From: Planctomycetota bacterium
Lineage (GTDB): Bacteria > Planctomycetota > UBA11346
Length of the DNA: 64,000 nucleotides
NCBI GenBank assembly: GCA_038231435.1
Contig: JBBRLJ010000003.1
Location: forward strand, 32,001-96,000
Direction: 5' to 3'
Position 1 is the first letter of the stretch, and the number at the start of each line of letters is the position of its first letter. The position numbers were made by a program, and so were the translations under genes. Below, piece by piece: positions 45,704 to 53,818 of the stretch. The notes below the pieces were generated by a model. The model ran no database searches. It saw only the letters and a list, made by a program, of their open reading frames with translations, and was not told where the DNA came from.

Positions 45704-46747
45704 ATGAAACCCATCAACATCGCCATCCTCTCCACCGCCCACATCCACACCAAGGGCTTCATCGACAATCTCAAGAAGGGCGCCGATGGCCGCAAGGCCT
45801 ACGCGGTGTGGGACGACGTCGCCGATCGCGGCAAGCGCTACGCCGCCGATTGCGGCGCCACCTTCGTCGCCGACCTCGCCGCGCTGATCAAGGATCCGCA
45901 GGTCGACGGCTTCCTGATCTGCGCCGAGAATACCCGCCACCTGCGCCTGCTCGAGCAGGCGCTGCCATCGGGCAAGCCGGTATTCTGCGAGAAGCCACTG
46001 GTCACCAGCGTCGCGGATCTCGCGACGGTGCGCGAGCTCGTGGCCCGCTACAAGGCCACGCTGTTCTGCGGCTACTTCCAGCCCTTCGGCGGCATCATGC
46101 GCGCCATCGCGGCGAAGATCGCCGAAGGCGGCTTCGGCACCATCACCCATGTGCGCTTCCGCAACGCCCACCACGCCGCCTACGGACGGTGGTTCGACAA
46201 TCCGGATCTCGCCTGGTTCACCGATCCAGCGCTCGCCGGCGGTGGCGCGTTCATGGACATGGGCACGCACGCGATCCATCTGCTGCGCACGCTGTTCGGA
46301 CCGGTCGAGTCGGTGTGGGCGACGATCGCCAACCGCTGCGGCGCGTACCCGCAGGTCGACGACTTCGGCATCGCCCAGCTGCGCTTCGCACCATCGGCGT
46401 CATCCCCGAAAGGCATTCTCGGCACTGTCGAAGCGGGATGGATCCATCAGGGCGGTCCAGGGGGTCTCGAGATCCAGGGTTCGCAGCTCGCGTTGTGGGA
46501 TGCCGGCAAGGGCTACGTGTGGGGCAAGCCCGGACAGGATGCGACTCCGGTCACCGCGCTCCCCGATGCTCCCGCCTGCGTCGATCGCCTGATCGCTGCC
46601 ATCCAGGGCAAGATCGCCGCTCCTGACTTGGCGCGAGATCTCGAAGCGTGCATGGACGCGGTCGCGATCATGGAAGCGGCCTACACCGCGAACGCTACTG
46701 GGGCGTGGGCTCAGGTCGGCGCCAAAGCCAAGACTGCTCTTGGTTAG
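45704..46747 (+). CDS. Gfo/Idh/MocA-family oxidoreductase
   Basis: GKPVFCEKP, WFTDPALAGGGAFMDMGTH. Alternative GTG start at 45698. Confidence 0.9.
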   Translation: MKPINIAILSTAHIHTKGFIDNLKKGADGRKAYAVWDDVADRGKRYAADCGATFVADLAALIKDPQVDGFLICAENTRHLRLLEQALPSGKPVFCEKPLVTSVADLATVRELVARYKATLFCGYFQPFGGIMRAIAAKIAEGGFGTITHVRFRNAHHAAYGRWFDNPDLAWFTDPALAGGGAFMDMGTHAIHLLRTLFGPVESVWATIANRCGAYPQVDDFGIAQLRFAPSASSPKGILGTVEAGWIHQGGPGGLEIQGSQLALWDAGKGYVWGKPGQDATPVTALPDAPACVDRLIAAIQGKIAAPDLARDLEACMDAVAIMEAAYTANATGAWAQVGAKAKTALG

Positions 46748-46786
46748 GGGGTACGGAAGCCCAACTGGCCTCCGGCCTGCCCCCCA
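46743..46786. repeat. Degenerate REP-like element, type A
   Basis: GTTAGGGGGTACGGAAGCCCAAC-TGGCCTCCGGCCTGCCCCCC aligns with 2596-2641 and contains the TAG stop of the oxidoreductase. Confidence 0.6.
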
Positions 46787-46804
46787 GGCAGCAGGATGAA
46801 TCAC

Positions 46805-46844
46805 AATGAAAGAAGGCGCTCGGATCCGAGCGCCTTCTTTCATT
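46805..46844. terminator. Bidirectional terminator-like perfect 40-bp palindrome
   Basis: AATGAAAGAAGGCGCTCGGA|TCCGAGCGCCTTCTTTCATT between convergent genes, with T-rich ends on both strands. Confidence 0.8.
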
Positions 46845-49752
46845 ATTTGTCTTTGACGATTTCCAGGCCGGGGATCGCGCCCACCGGCGTGTAGTCGGTG
46901 ATGCGTTTGCATTCGGTCACGATCAGGCGCTTGAGCGGCGTGCCCTGCAGGCCCTCGAGCGACAGCAGGTTCGGACAGTTGCGCAGCTGCAGAGTCTTGA
47001 GCGGCATGCCGGCGAGAGCCGATAGATCCCCCTGCAGCGCATCGCACGAGGTGATCTCGAGCGAGCCGAGCTGGTTGCCCTGCAGACCGTTGAGCGACAC
47101 CACTCCGTCGCAGCGCATCATCACCAGGTGCTTCAAGCGCATGCCGGAAAGCGCCGAGAGGTCGCCCTTGAGCGACGAGCAGCGCGACAGATCGAGATCA
47201 CCGAGCGCCATGCCCTGGATCCCGTCGAGGCTGGGCAGGCGCTTGCAGCCCTCGAGCCCGAGACGCGTCAGCTTCAGCCCTTTCAGAGGCGCCAGGCTGG
47301 TGAGCGCTTCGCACAGGGTGAGATCGAGCTGCGTGAGCGGCATGCCCTGCACTCCGTCCAAACTGGAGATGCGCGAGCAGCGCAGCAAGCAGAGCTGCGT
47401 GAGCGGCATGCCCTTCAGCGCGAGGATGTTCGGCAGCTTGCGGCAATCGGTGAGATCGAGGGTGGTCAGGCGCATGCCTGCGATGCCGTCGAGCGCGGCG
47501 ATGCTCCGGCAACCCGCGAGGTGCAGCTCGGTCACGCCGATCGATTTGAGCGGAGACAGATCCTCGAGCGATTCGCAGTTGGTCAGATCCAGAGCCTCGA
47601 GCGGCAAGCCCTCGATACCCTTGAGGTCAGCGAGGCTGGTGCAGCCCCGCAGCGAGAGCACGTGCAACGGCGCACCCTTGAGCGCGGCCAGGCCGCCAGA
47701 AAGCCGGGTACAGCCTTCGCATTCGAGGCGCGAGACCGGCAGGCCGCGCAATCCGGCGAGATCCTTCATCGCCGGATCGACCTGCACGGCGAGCGTGTTG
47801 TCTCCGGCGTTCTCGACCAGGGCGATGAACTTGCGGTCGTGCAGGAGCGCGCGCGCGTTGATCGACACTGCCGGATCCAGGACCACCGGCTTGGGCTTGG
47901 CCGCCGGCTTGGGCTTGGGTGGCGCCGGCTTGGCCACTGGTGGTGGCTCGACCGGCGTCTCGACCACCGGCGGCGGATCGGGAATGCGCGCGACCGGCGG
48001 ACTCACCACCGGCGGACTCGCGACTGGCGGAGAGGCCACGGGCGCCACCGGCTCGGGATCCTTCGCCACCACTTTCGCAACCACCACAGTGGGCGGCGGA
48101 TCCGGCTCGACCGGCGCGGCCGGCTTGGGCTCTGGCTGCCTGACGGGATCGGGCCTGGCCTCGACCACCGGCTCGGGCCGCTTGACGGCAACCGGTTCCG
48201 GTGGAACGACTGGCTCGGGATCCGCGTACACCGGTTCAGGGCGCTTGATGGCAACTGGTTCTGGCGGCTTCACCTCGACCACCCGACCAGGAGGCGTCCG
48301 TTCGGGAGCCACGGCCGTGACGATCCCCGGAGAGGCCGGACCTGACGCGGAAACGCCGGCTTCGACCACCGCGCCACCCTCGTGGGCCTGATGCCGCCGC
48401 GCGCGATGGATGCCAAACGCCGAGAGCGCTGCGACCACGAGCAGCACCGCCACCAGCGCCAGCTTCGTGCGGCGCTTGGGCTGCGCCTGCTCGCCGCTCG
48501 CGGCGGCGGATCCGACGGGAGCGGACGCGGCCGCGCCGGACGATGGAGTCGCCTTGGCCTGCGCGCGTCCCGGCACGACGGTCGGCATGGTGGCCAGGTG
48601 ATGGTCGACGCCCGAGGCCGGCGATGTGGGGGCGGTGCCGACTCCCGAGGTGATCTGACGATTACCGCCAGGAGAAGCGATCCAGGTCGCCTGCGTGCCG
48701 GGCCGCGGCGGCGCATGCGCGTGCAGCGGATCGCGGCCGGTCAGCACACGCTCGATGTCCTCGATCATCGCCTCGGGATTGGCGTAGCGGCGATCACGAT
48801 CCTTGGCCATGGCGGTGAGGATGATCGCCGCGCATCCATCGGTGACTGCCGAGTGCAGCGAGCGCGGATCGGGAACCGCGTCGTTGATCACCTTGGCGAC
48901 CACGGCGAAGGCGCTGGCGCCCTTGAACGGGATGTCGCCGGTGACCAGCGCGAACATGCTCGCGCCGAGCGCATAGATGTCGGTGCGCAGATCGAGGGTC
49001 GCCTCGCCGCTGGCCTGCTCGGGAGACATGAACGCGGGCGTGCCCATGGCCGCGCCGGTCATGGTCATGCGGTCGTCGCCCGAGGTGGAGCGCGCCAGGC
49101 CGAGGTCCGCGAGCTTGGCGATGCCGTCCTCGGAGATGAAGATGTTGGCGGGCTTGATGTCGCGGTGGATCAGGCCGGCGCGCTTGAGCGCCATCAGGCC
49201 GCGGGCGCAATCGGCGATGATACGCAGCGCGCGCGCTTCATCGAGGCGGTTGCCGGTCTTCTTCGCGAGACCCGCCGCGTCGCCGCCGGTCATCAGCTCG
49301 AGCGCCATGTACAGCCAGCCGTCGGCCTGGCCGACATCGAAGCAGGTGATGACGTTGGGATGGTTCACCGCTCCGGCCGCGCGCGCCTCGCGCAGGAAGC
49401 GGTCGCAGAAGGCGGGATCGGACGCGTACTGCTTGGAGATGACCTTGAGCGCCACCTCGCGGTTCATCGACACCTGCAGCGCGCGGTAGACGGTGCCCAT
49501 GCCGCCTTGGCCGAGCTTGCCGACGATCTTGAAGCCACCGATGGCCTGGGGCTCGCCGGGGGCGGCCCCGCCAGCCAGGCTCTCGACGATGTGCTTGGTC
49601 AAGACGCCCTGCTGGATGAGCAGCGCGGTGGCCGGAGTCTCAGTGGTCCCCCTGCGCATGAACTCGTCGGCCATGGCCGCGGTGATCAGGCCCTTGTCCA
49701 CAGCCGCCTTCAGCACCCGCGATTCGATCTCGGTGGGATTGGACGGTTCCAT
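46843..49752 (-). CDS. Membrane Ser/Thr (Hanks-type) kinase with a Pro-rich linker and extracytoplasmic leucine-rich repeats
   Basis: LGQGGMGTVY, VALK, IHRDIKPAN, DLGLA, GTPAFMSPEQ; a TM helix; PEPV repeats; 13 Cys-containing 22-23 aa LRRs. Confidence 0.92.
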   Translation of the reverse strand: MEPSNPTEIESRVLKAAVDKGLITAAMADEFMRRGTTETPATALLIQQGVLTKHIVESLAGGAAPGEPQAIGGFKIVGKLGQGGMGTVYRALQVSMNREVALKVISKQYASDPAFCDRFLREARAAGAVNHPNVITCFDVGQADGWLYMALELMTGGDAAGLAKKTGNRLDEARALRIIADCARGLMALKRAGLIHRDIKPANIFISEDGIAKLADLGLARSTSGDDRMTMTGAAMGTPAFMSPEQASGEATLDLRTDIYALGASMFALVTGDIPFKGASAFAVVAKVINDAVPDPRSLHSAVTDGCAAIILTAMAKDRDRRYANPEAMIEDIERVLTGRDPLHAHAPPRPGTQATWIASPGGNRQITSGVGTAPTSPASGVDHHLATMPTVVPGRAQAKATPSSGAAASAPVGSAAASGEQAQPKRRTKLALVAVLLVVAALSAFGIHRARRHQAHEGGAVVEAGVSASGPASPGIVTAVAPERTPPGRVVEVKPPEPVAIKRPEPVYADPEPVVPPEPVAVKRPEPVVEARPDPVRQPEPKPAAPVEPDPPPTVVVAKVVAKDPEPVAPVASPPVASPPVVSPPVARIPDPPPVVETPVEPPPVAKPAPPKPKPAAKPKPVVLDPAVSINARALLHDRKFIALVENAGDNTLAVQVDPAMKDLAGLRGLPVSRLECEGCTRLSGGLAALKGAPLHVLSLRGCTSLADLKGIEGLPLEALDLTNCESLEDLSPLKSIGVTELHLAGCRSIAALDGIAGMRLTTLDLTDCRKLPNILALKGMPLTQLCLLRCSRISSLDGVQGMPLTQLDLTLCEALTSLAPLKGLKLTRLGLEGCKRLPSLDGIQGMALGDLDLSRCSSLKGDLSALSGMRLKHLVMMRCDGVVSLNGLQGNQLGSLEITSCDALQGDLSALAGMPLKTLQLRNCPNLLSLEGLQGTPLKRLIVTECKRITDYTPVGAIPGLEIVKDK

Positions 49753-49928
49753 GGGCAGCGTGAGTGTAACGGCGGCCTAGTGGAGGAAAACGACGTTTGG
49801 CACTACCGTCGCAACGACCTCGCGGGCAGCGGGCAGCGGAATGGGCGTGGCAGCGGCGTCCGGTAATGATTTCCGTGCCCAAACCCTGGGCCTACACTCC
49901 CTGCCCCGAGATCCCCGCCGAGACGGAC

Positions 49929-51476
49929 ATGACCAATACCTCTGCCCATAGCTCCTCCCATGGTTCGGCCCCCCTGCCCTTGGCCTCGCTGCCGGCCACG
50001 CTCGGTGCGCTCAAGGCCACCGGTTCCCGCCACGCCGCGCGCGGGGTGAAGGACGAATTGCGCGCCAACCTGGTGTCCGCGCTCTCGGCGGGTGACAGCG
50101 GCGAACGCCTCTTCCCCGGCCTGGTCGGATACGGCGACACGGTCATCCCCCAGGTCGTGAACGCCGTGCTCGCTGGCCACGACCTGCTGCTGCTGGGCCT
50201 GCGCGGTCAAGCCAAGACCCGCCTCGCGCGCGCCCTAGCGCGTTTCCTCGACGCCCAGGTCCCCGCGCTGGTGGGCGACCCCCTGCGTTCGCACCCCCTC
50301 GCGCCGGTCGGCGCGGTCGCCGAGGAGATCGTGCGCCGTGATGGCGACGGCGCGAAGGTCGTCTGGCTCACGCGCGACGAGCGCTACGGCGAGAAGTTGG
50401 CCACGCCCGACGTCTCGGTGGCCGATCTGATCGGCGACGTCGATCCCATCCGCGCCTCGCGCGAGGGCTACGACCTCGGCGATCTGCGCGCCGTGACCTT
50501 CGGCATCGTGCCCCGCACCAATCGCGGCATCTTCTGCATCAACGAACTGCCCGACCTCGCGCCGCGCATCCAGGTGGCGCTATTCAACATCCTCGAGGAG
50601 CAGGACGTGCAGGTGCGCGGCATCCCGCTGCGTCTGCCGCTCGACCTGATGCTGGTGTTCACCGCCAACCCTGAGGACTACACCTCGCGCGGGCAGATCA
50701 TCACGCCGCTCAAGGACCGCATTGGCGCGCAGGTGTTGACGCACTATCCCAAGACCCGCGACCAGGGCGTGGCGATCATGGACCAGGAGGCCCATACCGC
50801 GCGCACCGCCACGGTGGCTCCGGTCGTGGCGCCGCTGTTCCACCTGATCATCGAGGAGGCCGCGCGCGCCGCGCGCGCCAGCGAATTCGTGGACACCAAG
50901 AGCGGGGTCTCGGCCCGCCTCACCATCGCCGCGCTCGAGGCGCTCCACGCCAATGTGCTGCAGCGCGGCCTGCTCCTGAAGGAGGCCAAGCCGCACGCGC
51001 GCCTGGTCGACCTGCCGGCGACGCTCGCGGCGATGACCGGCAAGATCGAACTCGCGTACGAGGGCGAGCAGGAAGGCCCGCTGAAGGTCGGCTGGCATGT
51101 GCTCGGCGAAGCGATGAAGACGCTGTGGGCCGAGCGCCTGCCGCCGGTCATCAACGAGAAGGACGACGAGCGCGACAAGGGTCCCTTCAAGAACATCCTC
51201 GCCTGGTTCGCCGCCGGCAACGTGCTGAAGCTGTCGGACCGCTCCACCACCAAGGAGCACGAGGCCGCGCTCGCCGCGGTTCCGGATCTCGCGGCGCTCA
51301 CGGACAGGCTGCTCAAGCCGCAGCCCGAGGAGCGCGTGCTGTGGCAGGAGTTCATCGTCGAGGGGATGTTCCACGGCGGCGCCCTGGCGCGCGAGGACTC
51401 GGCTCGCGGCCTGGTCTATTCGGATCTGCTCGCGCATATGATGGGACGAGACGACAAGAAGCGGAGGCGTTCATGA
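49929..51476 (+). CDS. AAA+ ATPase, Mg-chelatase-subunit-I/MoxR-like
   Basis: Variant Walker A LLGLRGQAKT, EKLATPD, variant Walker B FCINELPDL, TANPEDYT.RG.IITPLKDR. Confidence 0.88.
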   Translation: MTNTSAHSSSHGSAPLPLASLPATLGALKATGSRHAARGVKDELRANLVSALSAGDSGERLFPGLVGYGDTVIPQVVNAVLAGHDLLLLGLRGQAKTRLARALARFLDAQVPALVGDPLRSHPLAPVGAVAEEIVRRDGDGAKVVWLTRDERYGEKLATPDVSVADLIGDVDPIRASREGYDLGDLRAVTFGIVPRTNRGIFCINELPDLAPRIQVALFNILEEQDVQVRGIPLRLPLDLMLVFTANPEDYTSRGQIITPLKDRIGAQVLTHYPKTRDQGVAIMDQEAHTARTATVAPVVAPLFHLIIEEAARAARASEFVDTKSGVSARLTIAALEALHANVLQRGLLLKEAKPHARLVDLPATLAAMTGKIELAYEGEQEGPLKVGWHVLGEAMKTLWAERLPPVINEKDDERDKGPFKNILAWFAAGNVLKLSDRSTTKEHEAALAAVPDLAALTDRLLKPQPEERVLWQEFIVEGMFHGGALAREDSARGLVYSDLLAHMMGRDDKKRRRS

Positions 51477-52027
51477 CCAGTCCAGCGAACGGTGCCACCA
51501 CCGGAGTCAGCACCGGAGTCAGCACGAAGGCGGATCACATCCGCGAACTCGAGCGCACGCGAGACGTGACCCTCCCCTACTTCACGATGAGCGAGGACGT
51601 CCTGTCGCGTTCGTACGCGCCGGGAAAATGGAACCTGCGCCAGTTCCTCCTCCACCTCGCCGATTGCGAAGGCGTATTCGTCGACCGCATGCGCCGCGTG
51701 TTGGCCGAGGACCGGCCGTTGCTGATGAAGTTCGATGAAAACCGTTGGGCGGGCCTGTTCCCCGAGCGCCGCTCGCTCGCCATCGCCGCCAACGCCTTCC
51801 GCGCATGCCGCGAGTCGGTGATCGAGTTGGCCAGACTCGCGCCGGCCGAGATCACGACCCGGGTCGGCGTCCATTCCGGCGAAGGCTTGCGCAGCTTCGC
51901 GCAGTTGCTCGAGAAGAGCTGGCAGCACAACGCCCACCACCTGACGCAGATCGAGGCGATCGTGGCCGGCAAGCCCTGGCAGCCGCGCGCCACGCCGTAC
52001 GCGATGCTTGCCGAACCGCGGACCTGA
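51473..52027 (+). CDS. DinB/YfiT-superfamily protein (paralog 1)
   Basis: YAPGKW..RQ.LLHLAD.E, FDENRW, C-terminal HNAHH metal ligands. ATGA overlap with the ATPase. Confidence 0.85.
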   Translation: MTSPANGATTGVSTGVSTKADHIRELERTRDVTLPYFTMSEDVLSRSYAPGKWNLRQFLLHLADCEGVFVDRMRRVLAEDRPLLMKFDENRWAGLFPERRSLAIAANAFRACRESVIELARLAPAEITTRVGVHSGEGLRSFAQLLEKSWQHNAHHLTQIEAIVAGKPWQPRATPYAMLAEPRT

Positions 52028-52039
52028 GCCGAGGCGACC

Positions 52040-52525
52040 ATGAGCGACATCTCCTTCATCGATCTCGAGGCCCTGCGCCGCACCCGCGACGCGACCCTGC
52101 CGTTCTTCACCAGCGACGCGGCCACCCTCGCCCGATCGTACGCTCCGGGCAAGTGGACGATGCGCCAGATGCTCCTGCACCTGGTCGACACCGAGACGGT
52201 GCTCTTCGAACGCATGCGGCGCGTGCTCGCTGATGAAAATCCACTGCTTATGGGCTTCGACGAGAATCGCTGGGTCGAGCACCTGCACTACGACCAGCGC
52301 TCGCTCGCGACCGCCGAAGCCCTGTACCGGGTGACTCGCGATTCCACCATCGAGCTCGCGCTCGCCACCACCCCAGCTGAGCGTGCCCGCGAAGGCGTGC
52401 ACAATGAGCAGGGCAAGCGCAGTTTCGCGCACTTCGCGGCCATGGTGCACGGCCACAACGCCCATCACCTCGAGCAGGTGCGCGCCATCGCCGCCGGTGC
52501 CTCGTGGTCACCTCGCCCCGCCTGA
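52040..52525 (+). CDS. DinB/YfiT-superfamily protein (paralog 2)
   Basis: Same motifs: YAPGKW, LLHLVDTE, FDENRW, GHNAHHL. Confidence 0.87.
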   Translation: MSDISFIDLEALRRTRDATLPFFTSDAATLARSYAPGKWTMRQMLLHLVDTETVLFERMRRVLADENPLLMGFDENRWVEHLHYDQRSLATAEALYRVTRDSTIELALATTPAERAREGVHNEQGKRSFAHFAAMVHGHNAHHLEQVRAIAAGASWSPRPA

Positions 52526-52587
52526 CCGCCATCACGTATCCGCTCCTTCTCAGCCACCGCATCGAGAGAATCAGGAAGAGGTGAGCC

Positions 52588-53664
52588 ATGCACTTCGAAT
52601 ACCGGCATCTGGACTGGCGCGAGCTCGCAAACCAGCTCAAGCGCGAGCAGCTCATCGATGAGCTGTTCCGCGAGCTGATGCTCGCCGCCAATGGCGAGGT
52701 CGAGCCGGCGCTGCGCTGGCTCGACTCGCCGCAGGGTCGGCGCATGCGCGATCAGCTGGGATTCTCGAAGGAGGATTTCGAGAAGCGACTGAAGGAGCGC
52801 AAGCTGATCACCGGCAAGTCGGGAGAGCGCAAGCTCACCGCCAAGGGGGAGCGCGATCTGCGCTCGTCGTGCCTCGAGAACGTCTTCGGGCGTCTCAAGA
52901 GCGGTGGCAAAGGTGAGCATGCCACCAAGCGTTCCGGCCGGACCGGAGACCCCACCGGCATCCTCAGGCAATGGCAGCCAGGAGACGAATCGCGCGACAT
53001 CGCCTATCGCGACAGCATGCTCGCGGCGCTGCGCCAAGGGCATGGGGGCCTCGAGGAAGGCGACCTGCTGATCGACGAGCGCGAGGACACCACCTCTGCC
53101 GCGACCGTCATGCTCATCGACGTATCGCACAGCATGACGCTCTACGGCGAGGACCGCATCACCCCCGCGAAGCGCGTGGCGATGGCATTCGCCGAGCTGC
53201 AGAAGCGCCGCTATCCCCGCGACAGTCTGAACATCCTGCTCTTCGGCGACGATGTCGAGGAGGTCCAGGTGGCGGACCTGCCCTACATCTCGAACGGGCC
53301 GTTCCACACCAACACCTGCGAGGCGTTGCGCCGGGCCGCCGAGATCCTGATCAAGAAGCACCAGCCCAACAAGCGCGTGGTGATGATCACCGACGGCAAA
53401 CCGTCGGCCCTGCTGGTGAAGGGCGAGCTGATGGTCAACAGCGCCGGGCTGGATCCAGAGATCGTCACGGCGACCCTCAAGCAGGGAGCGCGCTATCCGC
53501 GCCTGGGCATCGAGCTGACGGTGTTCATGGTCGCGACCGACGCCTATCTCGAACGCTTCATCGCCAAGCTCGTCGAAGTCAGCCGCGGGAGCGCCTTCCG
53601 CGCCTCGCTCGGCGACCTGGGCCAGCAGGTGCTGTCCCGCATCTTCGGCGAAAAAAGGGGCTGA
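52588..53664 (+). CDS. VWA-domain protein, likely partner of the AAA+ ATPase
   Basis: MIDAS motif DVSHS...TN...ITDGKP; LTAKGER segment. Confidence 0.88.
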   Translation: MHFEYRHLDWRELANQLKREQLIDELFRELMLAANGEVEPALRWLDSPQGRRMRDQLGFSKEDFEKRLKERKLITGKSGERKLTAKGERDLRSSCLENVFGRLKSGGKGEHATKRSGRTGDPTGILRQWQPGDESRDIAYRDSMLAALRQGHGGLEEGDLLIDEREDTTSAATVMLIDVSHSMTLYGEDRITPAKRVAMAFAELQKRRYPRDSLNILLFGDDVEEVQVADLPYISNGPFHTNTCEALRRAAEILIKKHQPNKRVVMITDGKPSALLVKGELMVNSAGLDPEIVTATLKQGARYPRLGIELTVFMVATDAYLERFIAKLVEVSRGSAFRASLGDLGQQVLSRIFGEKRG

Positions 53665-53670
53665 TTGTTT

Positions 53671-53818
53671 CAGGGGCTTCGCCCCTACGGCCTTCAGCCT
53701 ACCCCACGGGGCTTTGTCGGGGCTCGATTTCTACGGCTGAGCCTACGACATCGTCGTAGCGTAGCGGAGACATCGAGCCCCGACAAAGACCGTGGGGGCC
53801 CGGGGGCAAAGCCCCCGC
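53671..53818. repeat. REPIN/MITE-like long inverted-repeat element, type B
   Basis: Terminal hairpins GGGGC-TTC-GCCCC and GGGGGC-AAA-GCCCCC. Internal exact 17-bp inverted repeat CTTTGTCGGGGCTCGAT (53712-53728) / ATCGAGCCCCGACAAAG (53772-53788). It fills almost the whole gap between convergent stop codons. Confidence 0.85.

Noticed and set aside
49929..51476. Chlorophyll or cobalamin chelatase pathway
   Set aside because: No large chelatase subunit or tetrapyrrole genes are nearby. The atypical Walker motifs and VWA partner point to a chaperone-like AAA+ subfamily.
51499..51525. 12-bp tandem repeat CACCGGAGTCAG in dinB1, and NPPI repeats in the second phyH gene (about 22630-22680)
   Set aside because: Short in-frame duplications in likely flexible regions, with no sign of function.
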